Shown: positions 48,679 through 48,683 of the stretch, in pieces
Numbering within the stretch: the stretch's first letter is position 1
Layout of the letters: every line of letters starts with the position of its first letter
Assembly: GCA_900553705.1 (NCBI GenBank)
Contig: USEK01000001.1
Span: forward strand, 1 to 48,683
Source: an uncultured Collinsella sp.
Lineage (GTDB): Bacteria; Actinomycetota; Coriobacteriia; Coriobacteriales; Coriobacteriaceae
DNA length: 48,683 bases
Direction of reading: 5' to 3'
Notes under the pieces: generated by a model
Databases searched by the model: none
What the model was told of the DNA's origin: nothing
What the model saw: only the letters and a program-made list of their open reading frames with translations
Position numbers and translations under genes: made by a program

Positions 48679-48683
48679 TAGTC

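Overview
High-GC chromosomal contig from a Coriobacteriia gut actinobacterium (gene content and codon style suggest Collinsella; inference, not a database result). Bases 1-48 are an untrimmed Illumina Nextera adapter. The rest is mostly housekeeping: hisF/hisI/hisE plus a PHP histidinol phosphatase, mazG-eno-ftsB-ppx-tRNA-Leu(TAA), two two-component systems, gluQ, purH, uppP, pcrA, a gmu-like manA/GntR/GH1/PTS/ROK sugar locus, ppaC, nhaA, tatAC-hypAB-topA and a Tat-lipoprotein serine hydrolase. I see no transposase, integrase, phage gene or CRISPR. The unexplained signal is intergenic. Many spacers hold short palindromic elements from several repeat families. Several families share one grammar: an unrelated 8-14 bp stem around a conserved GGG(A/T)C(A/G)-containing loop, and many start at or next to a stop codon. 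One ~340 bp composite element is flanked by a 57 bp duplication of the hisE 3' end whose two differences are both synonymous. Other oddities: a TacA/DUF1778-like antitoxin fragment fused in frame to GluQ, a terminated structured-RNA candidate upstream of gluQ, a stand-alone LarC2 and a degenerate class IV aminotransferase. Protein calls come from motif recognition only.
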